Of a stretch of 33,385 nt of DNA, positions 1 through 12,242 are shown piece after piece. The notes under the pieces are model-generated. The model was not told the DNA's origin. It saw nothing but the letters and a program-made list of their open reading frames with translations, and did no database searches. Source of the DNA: Chiloscyllium plagiosum (lineage: Eukaryota); assembly GCF_004010195.1 (NCBI RefSeq), contig NW_025214590.1, positions 1 to 33,385 of the forward strand, in the 5' to 3' direction. The position numbers and the translations under genes were made by a program. Position 1 is the first letter of the stretch. The number at the start of each line of letters is the position of its first letter.

Positions 1-174
1 GTGTTACAGTAATTGGGAGAGCTGTAGGGGATGAAACAGTATGTCTGGGGAGCTAGGCAGACCTGCAGTAACTGAAGAATGTTACTGGAGCGAGAGTTGC
101 AGACACTGAAGAAGGCAAAGGAAATAGAGAGATGGTGGCTTGTTGATGACAGAGCTTTGTAGAGTCTAAAGGGC

Positions 175-896
175 TACAAAGTTTGTGAGAAGATTTGTAG
201 CTCGGGTGCTCGTTTTTGTGGTTATGTTTGCCGAGCTGGGAATTTGTGTCGCTGACGTTTCGTCCCCTGTCTCGGTGACATCCTCAGTGCTTGGGAGTCT
301 CCTGTGAAGCGCTTCTGTGATGTTTCCTCTGGCAACTATAGTGATTTGCATTTGCCGCTTCCGGTTGTCAGTTCCAGCTGTCCGCTGCAGTGGTCGGTAT
401 ATTGGGTCCAGTTCGATGTGCTTATTGATTGAAATTGTGGATAAGTGCCATGCCTCGAGGAATTCCCTGGCTGTTGTCTGTTTGGCTTGTCCTATAATAG
501 TAATGTTGTCCCAGTCGAACTCACGTTGCTTGTCATCTGCGTGTGTGGCTACTAAGGATAGCTGGTCGTGTCGTTTCGTGGCTCGTTGGTGTTCATGGAT
601 ACGGATCCTTAGCTATCTTCCAGTGTGTCCTGTGTAGTATTTTGAGAAGTCCTTGCATGGGACTTTTTACACTACATTGGTTTTGCTCATGCTGGGTGTC
701 AGGTCCTTCGTCTTGGTGAGTTGTTGCCTGAGAGTGGCTCTTGGTTTGTGTGCTGTTATGAGTCCTAGTGGTCGCAGTAGTCTGGCTGTCAGTTCGGAAA
801 TATTCTTGATGTATGGTAGTATGGCTAGTCCTTTGGGTCGTGGCATGTCTTCATTCCGTTGTCTTTCGCTGAGGCATCTGTGGATGAAATTGCGTG
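175..896 (-). mobile_element. Penelope-like element (Penelope/Poseidon-type), GIY-YIG endonuclease region and 3' end, decayed
   Basis: Minus-strand translation PRNFIHRCL...LPYIKNISELTARLLRPLG...NVV*KVPCKDFSKYYTGHTGR*LRIRIHEH...FDWDNITII...REFLEAWH matches a PLE GIY-YIG domain with stops. A hammerhead core follows at 250-290. Confidence 0.9.
250..290 (-). ncRNA. Minimal type I hammerhead ribozyme motif in PLE 3' end
   Basis: Minus strand: gca CTGAGGA t gtcacc gagaca ggggac GAAA cGTC agc. Helix II has 5 of 6 pairs; helix I has one mismatch. Confidence 0.7.
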
Positions 897-1868
897 GAGT
901 TTGAGCCCACCCCGCAGCTCAACAATAGGATAAACAACACACTGAGAAACCGACAGAAAAACGTACAGATAACCAGGTTTGATCTACAGAGAATGAAACC
1001 TGAATGCAACGACACCCTCAGATTCTATGGACTACCTATAGTGCACAAACCAGACATCCCACTCAGACCCATAGTATCACTACCAGGGACACCATCACAC
1101 AAACTGTCTAAAAAACTACAGCAGAAACTGAAACACCTGATCAGCGGATCCAGACATTCTCTACAGTCAACACAGGAATTCTTGGACATTATCAGAAATA
1201 CACACATAGACAAGGAAGAAACTATGGTCTCTTTCCATGTAACGGCACTGTTCACCTCTATCGACAAAACCCTAGCCAGAGAAACAATAGCCAACCTGCT
1301 GGACATACAGAACAGACAACAGGACGTTGAACCTATCAACAAAGACGGCATACTCAAACTACTGGACCTGTGCCTCACAACACACTTCACATTCAACAAC
1401 CAAATATATGAACAAATCAACAGCATCCCCATGGGCTCACCAATCTCAGGACTCATAGCAGAAGCGATAATGCAAAGATTAGAACAAACAGTCTTACCGC
1501 AAATTCAACCCAACTTTGTAATCATTAAAAACACAGAAATAGAGAACACACACCGGATCATGAACGCCACACTCACAGGAATCCGATTCACAAGAGAGAA
1601 AGAAAAGGACAATCAACTCCCATTCCTAGACGTGATGGTACAGAGAACACCGAATGGAGAATTCACCACAAAGGTTTACAGGAAAGCCACACACACAGAC
1701 CGAGTCCTAAACTACGAAAGCAACCACCCCAACACACACAAAATAAGTTGCATCAAGACGTTGTTCAAAAGGACCACAGCACACTGCAGCACACCAGAAC
1801 TGCAAAAAGAGGAAGAAGAACACCTATACAATGTATTCGCCAAAAACGGATATTCCCGCAATTTCATT
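897..1868 (+). mobile_element. Penelope-like element reverse transcriptase region, inverted relative to its own endonuclease half; catalytically dead
   Basis: ORF 894-1982 has FYGLPIVHKPDIPLRPIVS, VSFHVTALFTSI (motif A D>H), PMGSPISG, LPFLDV and VYRKATHT. The YVDD motif is missing (QIQPN|FVIIK). The ORF tail after 1868 runs into CR1 sequence. Confidence 0.92.
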
Positions 1869-1870
1869 AG

Positions 1871-2677
1871 GGATTGTCTGTATGGATTTGCAAGACGACT
1901 GTCGTCTGATATTGATGAGGGCAGTGCAGATGATGTGGTTTATATGGAGTTTAATGTGGACTCATTTCAAGACATTGAGTAATAGAGATGTACAGCACGG
2001 AAACAGACCCTTCGGACCAACTCCTGCATGACGTATCTCGTCACATTTGCCACAGTTTTGCCAATATCCCTCTAAAAGTTTGCTATTCATACACCCATCC
2101 ACAAGGTCCCACATGGAAGGCTGGTCCAAAAGGGAAGATCCCATGGGATCCAAGGCAAGTTGGTAAATTGGGTCCTCAATTGGTGGAGGGTCTAAAGAAT
2201 GGATGGAATAAGCTGCCAGAGCAAATAGCAGAGGCTGATCGAAATACATTTAAAAGGCATGTGGATGGGTGTATGAATAGCAAACTTTTAGAGGGATATT
2301 GGCCAAATTGTGGCAAATTTGACGAGATACGTCATGCAGGAGTTGGTCCGAAGGGTCTGTTTCCGTGCTGTACATCTCTATAACTCAATGTCTTGAAATG
2401 AGTCCACATTATAGAAAAGGAGGTGCTGGAGGTTTTAAAACACAAAGGTAGATAAATCCCCAGGACCTGATCAAATGTATCTCAGGACATTGTGGGAAGC
2501 TGGTGAAGAAATTGTTGGGCCTCCAACAGAGATATTTGTACCTTAATAAGACCTTAATAAACTCCATATAAACCACATCATCTGCACTGCCCTCATCAAT
2601 ATCAGACGACAGTCGTCTTGCAAATCCATACAGACAATCCAAGAAATTGTTGGGCCTCCAACAGAGATATTTGTACC
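1871..2677. repeat. Cluster of inverted and direct duplications made of CR1 fragments
   Basis: 1871-1953 is the exact reverse complement of 2558-2640 (83 bp). 1952-2103 is the reverse complement of 2260-2411 (152 bp, about 4 mismatches). A 37-bp direct repeat lies at 2506-2542 and 2641-2677. Confidence 0.95.
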
Positions 2678-3580
2678 ACAGAGAGCTACGTGTGATAGGC
2701 TTTTTGACTGGAGGGTGGCATTGTGGACAGTGAAAAAGGTTTTCTGAGATTACAAAGGGATCCTGATGAAATGTGTGAATGGCTGAAAAACTGTAGATGG
2801 AGTTCAATCTGAATAAATGTGAGGTAACGCATTTGGAACAACAAACACGGGCAGGACTTATACAATTAATGGCAAGACCTTCGGTAGTGTTGTAGAACTC
2901 GGGGTTCACTACGTAATTCTTTGAAGTTTGCAACACGGAGAGACAGGATAGTTCAAAAAATGGTGCTTGCCTCACTTGCTTTCATTGCTCAGTCCTTTGG
3001 ATATAAGAGTTGGGAAGTCGCATTGAGATTATAAAGGCCATTGGTGAGTCCTCATCTGGAATACTGTGCCCAGTTCTGGTCGACTAGTTATAGGAAGGAT
3101 ATTATTAAGCTGGAAAGGGTTGGGAGGAGATTTACTGGGATGTGGCTGGGTACGAAAGGCTTCGGTATAAAGAAAGGCTGAATAGGTTGATATTTTCCAC
3201 TGAAACCTGAATGTTGACAGAAGACCTCATAGAAGTTGATAAAACCATGAGGGGGATAGATAGAGTTAATGGGAGTTGTATTTTCCCATGGACAGGGGAG
3301 TTTCAAGACAAGGCACTACATTTTTAAGTTTAGAGGAGAGACATATTAAAAAAATGACATGAGAGGCACATTGTTACAAAGAGTGGAATGTGTGGAATGA
3401 ACTTCCCAAGGAAGGGGTGAACATGGGGACAATTACAATGTTTAAAAGACATTTGGATTAGTACAGGAATAGGAAAGGTTTGAAGGGATATGATCCAGGA
3501 ACAGGCAGGTGCGACGAGATCCATTTTAGAGTATGGTTAGCGTTAACCGAACAGTGCGGTATGACTCTCTGACTATGATT
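2412..3580 (+). mobile_element. CR1 LINE ORF2 fragments and 3' end, decayed
   Basis: gataaatccccaggacctgat (DKSPGPD), cctcatctggaatactgtgcccagttctggtc (PHLEYCAQFWS) and a CR1-like 3' UTR ending near 3575. Confidence 0.85.
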
Positions 3581-3589
3581 ATAATGTTG

Positions 3590-4760
3590 TTTCATTAATT
3601 AAGAAAGGCTGCAAGAGAAAGCCAGGGGTGTACAGACTGATGAGACAGACATCAGGGTGTGTCAGTTGTTGGAGGTAATTCTGAGAGGTCGGCCTTACAT
3701 GCATTTGGAAAGATAAGGCCTGATTACGGACAGCCAGCATGGCTTTGTGCGTGGGAAAACATGTCCCACAAACTTGACTGGAGTTTGCTCAAGATGTGAC
3801 CAAAAAGATAGACGAAGGCAGTGCAACAGACGTTGTTTCTGGATTCCGCAAACCCTTGTTCAGGATGTAGTATGAGACATTGGTTAGTAACGGTAGATAA
3901 CAAAGGATCAGGGAGAGCTTGCCAACTGGATACAAAATGAGATGGCAATGGGAGACAGAGGGTGGTGGGAGAGGGTTGTTCTTCAGACTGGGGCCTCTGA
4001 GCAGCAGTGTGCTGCAAGGATTGGTGCTGGGACCACTGTTGTGCACCATTTACATAAACAATCTGAGTGAAAAGAAAGCAGTCCCTATTAGTATGTTTGT
4101 GGATACCAAGATTAGTGGAAGAGTGGGCAGGGAATATAGTTATCGAAGAGGATGTTAATCAACTGGGCCAGTGGGCCAAAGAATGAAAGATGGCATTTAA
4201 TTCAGGAGTTGGATTTCGTTCAGACAAACCAGGGAGGACTAACACAGTTAATGGTTGGGCCCTGGACAGTGTTGTAGAAAAGGGAGAGGCCAAGGGGTGC
4301 AGTTACATTGTTCCTTGGACTGGCATCACAGGGTGACAGGGTGTTGAAAGTGGCAATTGGCACACTTGTCTTCATTGGTCAGAGCATTGAGTACACTGTC
4401 GTCTATATTTCTCCTGGGCAGAGGAGGCCACGCGGTGACGTTATAAAGGTTTATGAAACCATGTAGGGCCAAAGTAACGTGAATTGCCAAGCGTAGGTGA
4501 GTCCATAGCAGGAGGCATAAACGTGAGGTGTGAGAGCAAGGATTTAAAGAGGGAGCTGAGGGGCAACATTATCCACAGAGGATGGTGCAGAGACAGAATG
4601 CACTGTCAGAGGAAATGGTAAAAACAAGTACAATTACAACATGGAAAAGACACTTGGGCACGTACATGGAGAGGACAAGGTTTGAAGGGATATGGGCCAA
4701 ACATAGGTAAACGCAACTCATTCCATTTAGGGAACCTTGGCCGAAGAGTCATGCCGCACA
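3590..4760 (+). mobile_element. CR1 LINE RT fragment, heavily decayed
   Basis: cagccagcatggctttgtgcgtgg (SQHGFVRG), SSVLQGLVLGPLLCTIYINNL, MFVDTKISG, then a CR1-type 3' region. Confidence 0.8.
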
Positions 4761-5726
4761 GAAACAGACCCTATGTCTCCAGTTATTGGAGGAGGAGACT
4801 ATCGAGACAAGGCATGTTGTAGAGACTGAAGCAAGGTACAGCGATAAGGATTGTCATCTGGACTGGAGGTTTCAAATAAATGAAATAATTGATGAGAGGG
4901 AAGGAGATGACAGAGATAGGAACTGTTATAGGAGTTAGAATGATTGAAGACACTGGTCCTCAATACAAGCCATTGATACAGTGTTGGAGGGGGAATAGGG
5001 AACAGAAAGATCCGAGGCAGCATTAACCCCCTCTCGTGGGAGGCCTGCTTTCCCCTCAGTTGTTCTGATGCTCCCGAAGGAAGCACATGCCTGGACTGAT
5101 AACTGGGAACTCCCGATGCTGTCTCATTACAACAAAACTTGCAGCAGGCGTGGTTGAGCCTGGGTTGTGTCTGTACTGTGCTCCCCCTCCAGCACTTTCT
5201 CTATGTCATGTCTTGTTAACTGATGTTTGGATTCCCCTTATTACTTTCTGCTCTGTGCACTGGAATGACCTTACCTGGCAACAGGACTTATTGAAGACTC
5301 CCGACCTCCCTGACTGTCTTTCTGGCTGACCAACCATCATCCCAACCAGCAGTTGGCAAGCCTATTGAGTCAGGAACTCCATGAATACCTGTAGAAGACA
5401 CAGAAATAGGCAGAATGGGAAATTAGACTAATGCTTTGAGGGTTACACATATAGAATGGCACTGAGCCCACAGAGATCTGGAAATTCCCAGTCTACATTC
5501 CTGACCTGTGCTGCCTCATCTCTCAAGAGTGGAGAATTCTGTTGGCTCATGATCTGGAGTAGCTTCAAGAGTGAGAGACGCTGACAAAGGCAGCAATTAT
5601 ACCCACACAGTGAAGGGATACCACATGGAGAGGTACTGAGTCACATCACCAGAGTGCCGGGTCAAACATTTGTGCAGGAAGAAAGAGTTTTGATTCATGT
5701 TGCACTGGGATATACAAACTGTGAGC

Positions 5727-5950
5727 AGGCGAAGTGATGGCCTAGTGGCATTATTGTGTGACAATTTATCCAGAAACTCAGCAACTGTTCTCTGGACAGA
5801 GATTCAAATCCCACCATTGCAAATAATTGAATGTGAAGTAAATGCTTCAAAAACGATGTAATTAGAAACCTGTAAATGAGTATTAAACAATTGCTGATGT
5901 TAAGAAAAATCCATCGGGTACATTCCTGTCTTTAGTGAAGTAATCTAAGA
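5727..5950 (+). mobile_element. tRNA-derived SINE, decayed (resembles shark DeuSINE/SacSINE1-type)
   Basis: A-box-like tggcctagtgg and B-box-like gattcaaatccc, followed by a body ending ccatcgggtacattcctgtctttagtgaagtaatct. The family name is from recall. Confidence 0.6.
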
Positions 5951-6179
5951 TGGGACTGGGGTATCACAGGTATTACAGAAAAAAAACAGCTGAGGGAGGG
6001 ACAGGACAGGCAGCTCAATGTCCCAGGGGACAGATGCTGCAGGAAGGACAATAGGGGAGCTGAGAGAGGAGGAGATCTGCTGGTTCTGATTGGGTGAAAC
6101 ATCCCAGCAGGACTGAGAGAAGATATTCCTGCGGGACCGCCCAGTGACGCGGTGTTCGTGGAATTAATCAATAACAATG

Positions 6180-6560
6180 GGTCTTCCCTTTCCTCTGATT
6201 GTTCTACAGACCCCGAGAGCCCCGCCCTCCTGCACCTTGACCTTCTCAAGATGGCGGACCTCAGGCCCGCGCTCCCTCTTCACTCAAACAAATGGCGGCC
6301 GTGACCCTGGGTCGCTTCCCTGATCAGAGACGGCCACCTCCTTACCCGGGCCTGGAGGGTCCTTTTAGAGTTATTTTTAACCTGTTTCCGGGATTTGTGA
6401 AATCTCTCCGCTCCATTCTCCCAGCGAGGCTCCCGCACACCGGCTCTGAGCACCGCTCTCTGACGCCAATCGCAGCTGCTGCTGGAGAAAGCAGCTCCAT
6501 GTCTCTCTCTCAGTGTCCTGATCAATGTGGCACTGCGCATGCTCCACATAGAAACCAAAC
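6180..6560 (-). promoter_or_regulatory. CpG-rich promoter/first-exon cassette (copy A, proximal part)
   Basis: NRF1-like TGCGCATGCTC 6534-6544; CCAAT; minus-strand donor CGG|GTAAGG (GT 6345-6344); two YY1 sites (CAAGATGGCGG 6247-6257, AAATGGCGGCC 6290-6300). CpG density is high in a CpG-poor background. Confidence 0.7.
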
Positions 6561-6989
6561 TGCACGTTCATCTGAGATTATCGTTGAGTTTATGGAGAAT
6601 ATTCATATCTGCACAGGATCATGGGTGAAATATTAGTCATTAACAATTGCTCTGTCGAGTTACAGTCATTGAGATGATTAGTATGCAAATAGATTGTTCG
6701 GTCCAAATCAACCATACCGGCCAGGTATATAAATTACCAATCGTTCTGGGAGTTTGAAAATACGTTTCTTACTCGAGTTGTGTAAACCGACCTGTGAATT
6801 ACTCTCAGCTCGTCCCCTCCACTATTGCAAAATCACCCATGTGTTTATCTAAGGATTGTTTCAATCTCCCGAATGTACGTTATCAGAATTACATCTCAAC
6901 TATTTCTTTAAAATCTCACATTGATTCATGGGAGAGGTTTAATGCTCCACTATGCAGTGAGAATGATCAAACCTGCAAAATAGTTTGCT

Positions 6990-7110
6990 TTCTGACCAAT
7001 CCTGAAGCGTTCACTCCCCGAGAATGCTTTGGCCCCGCTTCACTGGTTAGACGACCGGCCGCTGCTCGGTCCTCCTGTTCCGCCCCTTCCTCCCAATTGC
7101 GGAGTTGATT
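6990..7110 (-). promoter_or_regulatory. CCAAT/GC-box/inverted-repeat promoter core (copy A, distal part)
   Basis: Minus strand caattgggaggaaggggcggaacaGGAGGACCgagcagcggccGGTCGTCTaaccagtg aligns with 15404-15464 and 21683-21743. GC box at 7080-7086. Confidence 0.6.
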
Positions 7111-7433
7111 AAGGCGCGACTCAGCAGGCTAAGGGACAAGGGAAGTTAGAGTCGAGGCCTTGTGATGTGGTGAAAATATCCCGAATCTTGGATCGAGAGG
7201 CCTGAGTTCATTTCACTGCTTGTGCAGGTGTGTGTAATAACAACTTTATTAAGAAAAAAACAAGGGAAGGCAGGAACAGAGTAAAAACAATGTGGTGGGG
7301 CTCTCAATGCTCTGGTAATTTTAGTCTTTACCATGTGTTTCAGGGCCCCAGGGCATACCAGTACAGACTGTGCCACTCCTCCTTGTGCACAGCCAGATAC
7401 CACGATTGAGGGGCAAAGTGATGTGGTGGGATA

Positions 7434-10020
7434 CAGATTCTGGATTAGTGGTGCTGGAAGAGCACAGCAGTTCAGGCAGCATCCGAGAGGCAGTAAAATC
7501 GACGTTTCGGGCAAAAGCCCTTCATCAGGAATAAAGGCAGAGAGCCTGAAGCGTGGAGAGATAAGCTAGTGGAGGGTGGGGTTGGGGAGAAAGTAGCAGA
7601 GAGTACAATAGGGTGAGTGGGGGAGGGGATGAAGGTGATAGGTCGGGGGCGGTCGGAGGATAGAGTGGATAGGTGGAAAAGAAGATAGGCAGGTAGGACA
7701 AGTCAAGACAAGTCACGGGGACAGTGCTGAGCTGGAGGTTTGGAACTGGGATGAGGTGGGGGAAGGGGAAATGAGGAAACTGTTGAAGTCTACATTGATG
7801 CCCAGGGGTTGAGGTGTTGCGAGGCGGAAGATGAGGCGTTCTTCCGCCAGGTGTCTGGTGGTGAGGGAGCGGTGGTGAAGGAGGCCCAGGACCTCCATGT
7901 CCTCAGCAGAGTGGGAGGGAGATTAAAATGTTGGGCCACAGGGCGGTGGGGTTGATTGGTGCGGGTGTCCCGGAGATGTTCCCTCAAGCGCTCTGCTAGG
8001 AGGTGTTCAGTCTCCCCAACATAGAGGAGACCGCATCGGGAGCAATGGATACAATAAATGATATTAGTGGATGTGCAGGTAAAACTTTGATGGATGTGGA
8101 AGGCTCCTTTATGGCCTTGGATAAAGGTGAGGGAAGAGGTGTGGATGGAGGTTTTGAAATTCCTGCGGTGTCAGGGGAAGGTGCCAGGTTGGGAGAGTGG
8201 GTTGCAGGGGGGCGTGGACCTCACCAGGTAGTCACGGAGGGAACGCTCTTTGCGGAAGGCAGAAAGGGGTGGGGAGGGAAATATATCCCTGGTGGTGGGG
8301 TCTGCTTGGAGGTGGCGGAAATGTCGGCGAATGATGCGAAGGTTGGTAGGGTGGTAGGTGAGCACCAGGGGCGTACTGTCCTTGTTACGGTTGGAGGGGT
8401 GGGGTCTGAGTGCGGAGGTGCGGGATGTGGATGAGATGCGTTGCAGGGCATCTTTAACCACGTGGGAAGGGAAATTGCGGTCTCGAAAGAAGGAGGCCAC
8501 GTGGTGTATTCTGTGGTGGAACTGATCCTCCTGGGAGCAGATACAGCTGAGACGGAGGAATTGGGAATACGGGATGGCATTTTTGCAAGAGGTAGGGTGG
8601 GAGGAGGTGTAATCCAGGTTGCTGCGGGAGTCGGTGGGTTTGTAAAAAATGTCAGTGTCAAGTCTGTAGTCATTAATGGAGAGGGAGAGGTCAAAAAAGG
8701 GGAGGGCGGTGTCAGAAATGGTCCAGGTAAGTTTAAGGTCAGGGTGGAATGTGTTCGTGAAGTTGATGAATTGCTCAACCTCCTCGCGGGAGCACGAGAT
8801 GGCGCCAATGCAGTCATCAATGTAGTGGAGGAAGAGGTGGGAAGTGGTGCATGTGTAATGACGGAAGATCGACTGTTCTACATAGCCAACAAAGAGACAG
8901 GCATAGCTGGGGCCCATACGAGTGCCCAGGGCTACCCCTTTGGTCTGGAGGAAGTGGGAGGATTCGAAAGAGAAATTGTTAAGGGTGAGGACCAGTTTGG
9001 CCAAACGAATGAGAGTGTCCGTAGAAGGGTACTGTTGGCGACGTCTGGAGAGGAAAAAACGGAGGGCTTGGAGGCCCTGGTCATGGCGGATGGAGGTGTA
9101 GAGGGATTGGATATCCATGGTGAAGATGAGGCGTTGGGAGCCGGGGAAACGGAAGTCTTGGAGGAGGTGGAGGGCTTAGGTGGTGTCTCGAACGTATACG
9201 GGGAGTTCCTGGACTGGGGGGATAGGTAGAGATGAGTTCAGTGGGAAAGGAGCATGCTGAGACAATGGGTCAGCCAGGGTGGTCAGGCTTGTGGATCTTG
9301 GGAAGGGGTTAGAACCAGGCAGTGCGGGGTTCCCGGACTGTGAGGTTGGAAGCTGTGGGTGGGAGATCTCCTGAGGTGATGAGGTTCTGTATGGTCTGGG
9401 AGATGAAGGTTTGGTGATGGGCGGGTGGGGTCATGGTCGAGGGAGCAGTAGGAAGAGGTGTCTTTCAGTTGGCGTTTGGCTTCAGCGGTGTAGAGGTCAG
9501 TGCGCCAGACAACCACTGCGCCCCCTTTATCTGCTGGCTTGATGGTGAGGTTGGGATTGAAGCAGAGCGATTGGACTCTGCGCGCTGTGAGGGTGTGAGG
9601 TTGGAGTGGGGGAGGGGGGTAGACAGTTTGAGGCGGTTAATGTCCCGACGGCAGTTGGAAATGAAGAGGTCGAGGGCAGGTAATAGGCCAGCGCGGGGTG
9701 TCCAGGTGGATGCAGTGTGTTGGAGGTGGGTGAAGGGGTCGTCGGAAGGTGGGCAGGAGCCCTGATTGTGAAAGTAAGCTCGGAGGCGGAGGCGACGGAA
9801 TAATTGTTCAACGTTACGGCGTGTATTAAATTCATTGATATGTGGACGTAGGGGGATGAAGGTGAGGCCTTTGCTGAGAACTGATCCTTCGTCCTCAGTA
9901 AGGGGAAGGTCTGGAGGGATGGTGAAAACTCGGCAGGGCTGGGAGCTGTGATCTGGTGTAGGTGTGGAGCTGGGAGTGGGGGCGGAGCCTGTAACTGGAG
10001 TGGGGGAATGGAGGTGGAGT
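7434..10020 (-). mobile_element. Penelope-like element, Neptune-type, RT + GIY-YIG, 5'-truncated and inactivated
   Basis: ORF 8171-9118 has MDIQSLYTSI, QTKGVALGTRMGPSYACLF, YIDD and IFYKPTD. The same frame continues after a TGA into a decayed Cys linker and NIIYCIHCSRCGLLYVGET...RLREH...VAQHFN. A hammerhead lies at the 3' end. Confidence 0.93.
7496..7532 (-). ncRNA. Minimal type I hammerhead ribozyme motif
   Basis: Minus strand: attc CTGATGA a gggc tttt gccc GAAA cGTC gatt. Core intact, 4-bp helix II, palindromic ACGT helix III, weak helix I. Confidence 0.8.
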
Positions 10021-10069
10021 CATGAACAGGGTTCCACCCCCCATTCCCCCCCTCGTGACATCATCATCC

Positions 10070-12242
10070 TAGGAAAAATACTGCCATTGTCTACCTTTCT
10101 AATACTCTGATCATTTTGTATGTCTCTATCAAATCCCTTCTAGCCTTATTCTTGCCAATGAGAAGAGTTTCAAGTCTCTCAGCCTTTCCTCACAAGACCT
10201 TCTCTCCAGACCAGGCAATGTTCTGATAAATCTCCTCTGCACTTTTTCCAATGTTTCCAGATCCTTCCGGAAATATGGGCACCAGAACTGAACACAATAT
10301 TCCAAGTGTGACTGCACCAGCGTTTTGTATAGTTGCAGTATGGTATTTCAATTTCGGAACTCAATCCCTCCATGAATGAAACCGAACACACCGTTTGCCT
10401 TCTTAACAGCACTATCAACCTGGGTGGCAACTTTCAGGGATCTATGTACATGGACTCAAAGATCACTCTGCACACCACACTACCAAGATTTTTTCCATTG
10501 ACCCAGTATTCCGCCTTCCTGTTATTCTTCTCAAAGTGCATCACCTCACATTTAGTTGCATTGAACTCTATTTGCCACCTCTAATCCCAATTCTGCAGTT
10601 TATCAAAGTCCCCTTGCAACCTGTAACCACCACTCGCCGCCTTCTTTCAGAAAGCAAGTTTCTAATCCAAACTGCGAAATCACCCTCAATTCTATGCCTC
10701 TGCATTTTCTCCAACAGCCTACCTTGTGGAATCTTGTCAAAGACTTTACTTTTGTCCATGTGTACTACGTCAAATGCCCTACCCTCATCTACAAGCTTGG
10801 TGACCTTCTCAAAAAACTCATTGAGATTTGTGAGACATGATCTGCCCTTGAGAAAAACAAGTTGACTATCTGAAATCAAATTGATGTTTGCCAGATGATT
10901 ATAAATCTTATCTCCTAATCATTTCCTAAACCTTTCCTACAACAGAAGTAATGTTCACTGGTCTATAGTTACCTAGGTCATTGCCCTTCTTGAACAAGGG
11001 CACAACATTTGCAATCTTCCAGTGCTCTGGTACCAAATCTGCAGACAGTGACAACTCAAATATCCAAGCCAAAGGCTATGCTACCTTCTCCCTAGCTTCC
11101 CAGAAAATCCTCGGATAAATCCCATCCAGCCCAGGGGACTTGTCTATTTTCACTCCTTCTAGCATTGATAACACCTGTTCGTAACGAACCTTGATAATTT
11201 CTAGTCTAATATCCCATGCCTTATTCTCCTCCTCTACAATATTCTCCTTTTCTTGAGTGAAAACCGATGAGAAATGTTCATTTAGCATCTCTCCGATCTC
11301 CACAGGGTCAACACTCATCTTCCCATTCTGTCTGTGATTGGCCCTATCCTACCCTAATCATCTTTTTATTCCTCACATATCTATAGAAAGATTTAGGGTT
11401 CTCCTTTATTTTATTTGTTAAAGACTGCTCGTGTCCACTGTTTGCTCTTTTTAACTCTCTCTTTAAATCCTTCTTAGCTGATCTGTAATTCTCCATCGCC
11501 TCATCTGAACCATCTTGCCTCATCAACACCTCAGCCTCCTTCTTCTTCGTAACAAGAGATGCTGTTTCCGCAGTAAACCAAGGTTCCCTTACCTTATCAC
11601 TTCCTCTTGCCTGACAGGGACATACCTATCAAGGACACGCAATATCTGTTCCTTAAACCAGATCCACATTTCCATTCTCTGCATTCCCTTCATTTTGCTA
11701 CCCCATTCTGTGCATCTAATTCCTGCCTAATAGCATTTTAATTGCCCTTGCCCCATCAATAACTCTTGACCTGTGGCATGTACTTATTCCTTTCCATCGC
11801 GAAACTAAACTGAACCGAACTATGGTCACTCTCTCCAAAGTGCTCACCTACAACTAAATCAAACACCTAGTCTGGTTCATTACCAAGGACCAGATCCAAT
11901 GTGGCCTCCCCTCTTGTCGGCCCTTCAACATACTGTGTCAGGAAACCCTCCTGTACACATTGGATAAAAACCGATTCATCCAACGTATTAGAGTTATAGC
12001 ATTTCCAGTCAATTTTGGGGAAGTTAAAATCCCCCATAATGACCACCCTGTTACTTTCACTCATATCCAGAATAATTATGCTAATCCTCTCTTCCACCTC
12101 CCTGGAACTCTGCGGAGGCCTATAAAAAAACTCCAAGCAGTGTGACCTCTCCTCTTCTGTTTCTCACCTCAGCCCACATTACCTCAGGAGACGAGTCCTC
12201 ATCAAAAGTTCTCTCAGCCACCGTTATACTCTCCTCGACTAA
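10070..12242 (-). mobile_element. CR1 LINE ORF2 (APE endonuclease to RT C-terminus), internally deleted and frameshifted
   Basis: Minus ORFs contain FYRPP, IMGDFNFPKIDW, PTRGEATLDLVL, KENPKSFYRYV, DKSPGLDGIYPR, GRSCLTNL and HLEYCVQFW. Confidence 0.92.

Noticed and set aside
894..1982. 362-aa ORF as a functional gene
   Set aside because: Chimera of a dead PLE RT (no YVDD) and CR1 sequence.
2506..2677. 37-bp direct repeats as CRISPR-like
   Set aside because: Only two copies, CR1-derived, eukaryotic context, no cas genes.
5730..5815. tRNA gene
   Set aside because: A/B-box-like motifs but no cloverleaf; continues as a SINE body.
5932..6636. Overlapping 60-114 aa ORFs
   Set aside because: No recognisable domain; expected in a GC-rich promoter region.
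6683..6690. Octamer ATGCAAAT
   Set aside because: Single 8-mer inside a decayed CR1-like 3' end, with no snRNA PSE or Ig leader seen.
8003..9765. Plus-strand ORFs of 143, 262 and 110 aa
   Set aside because: Antisense shadows of the Neptune-type PLE ORF.
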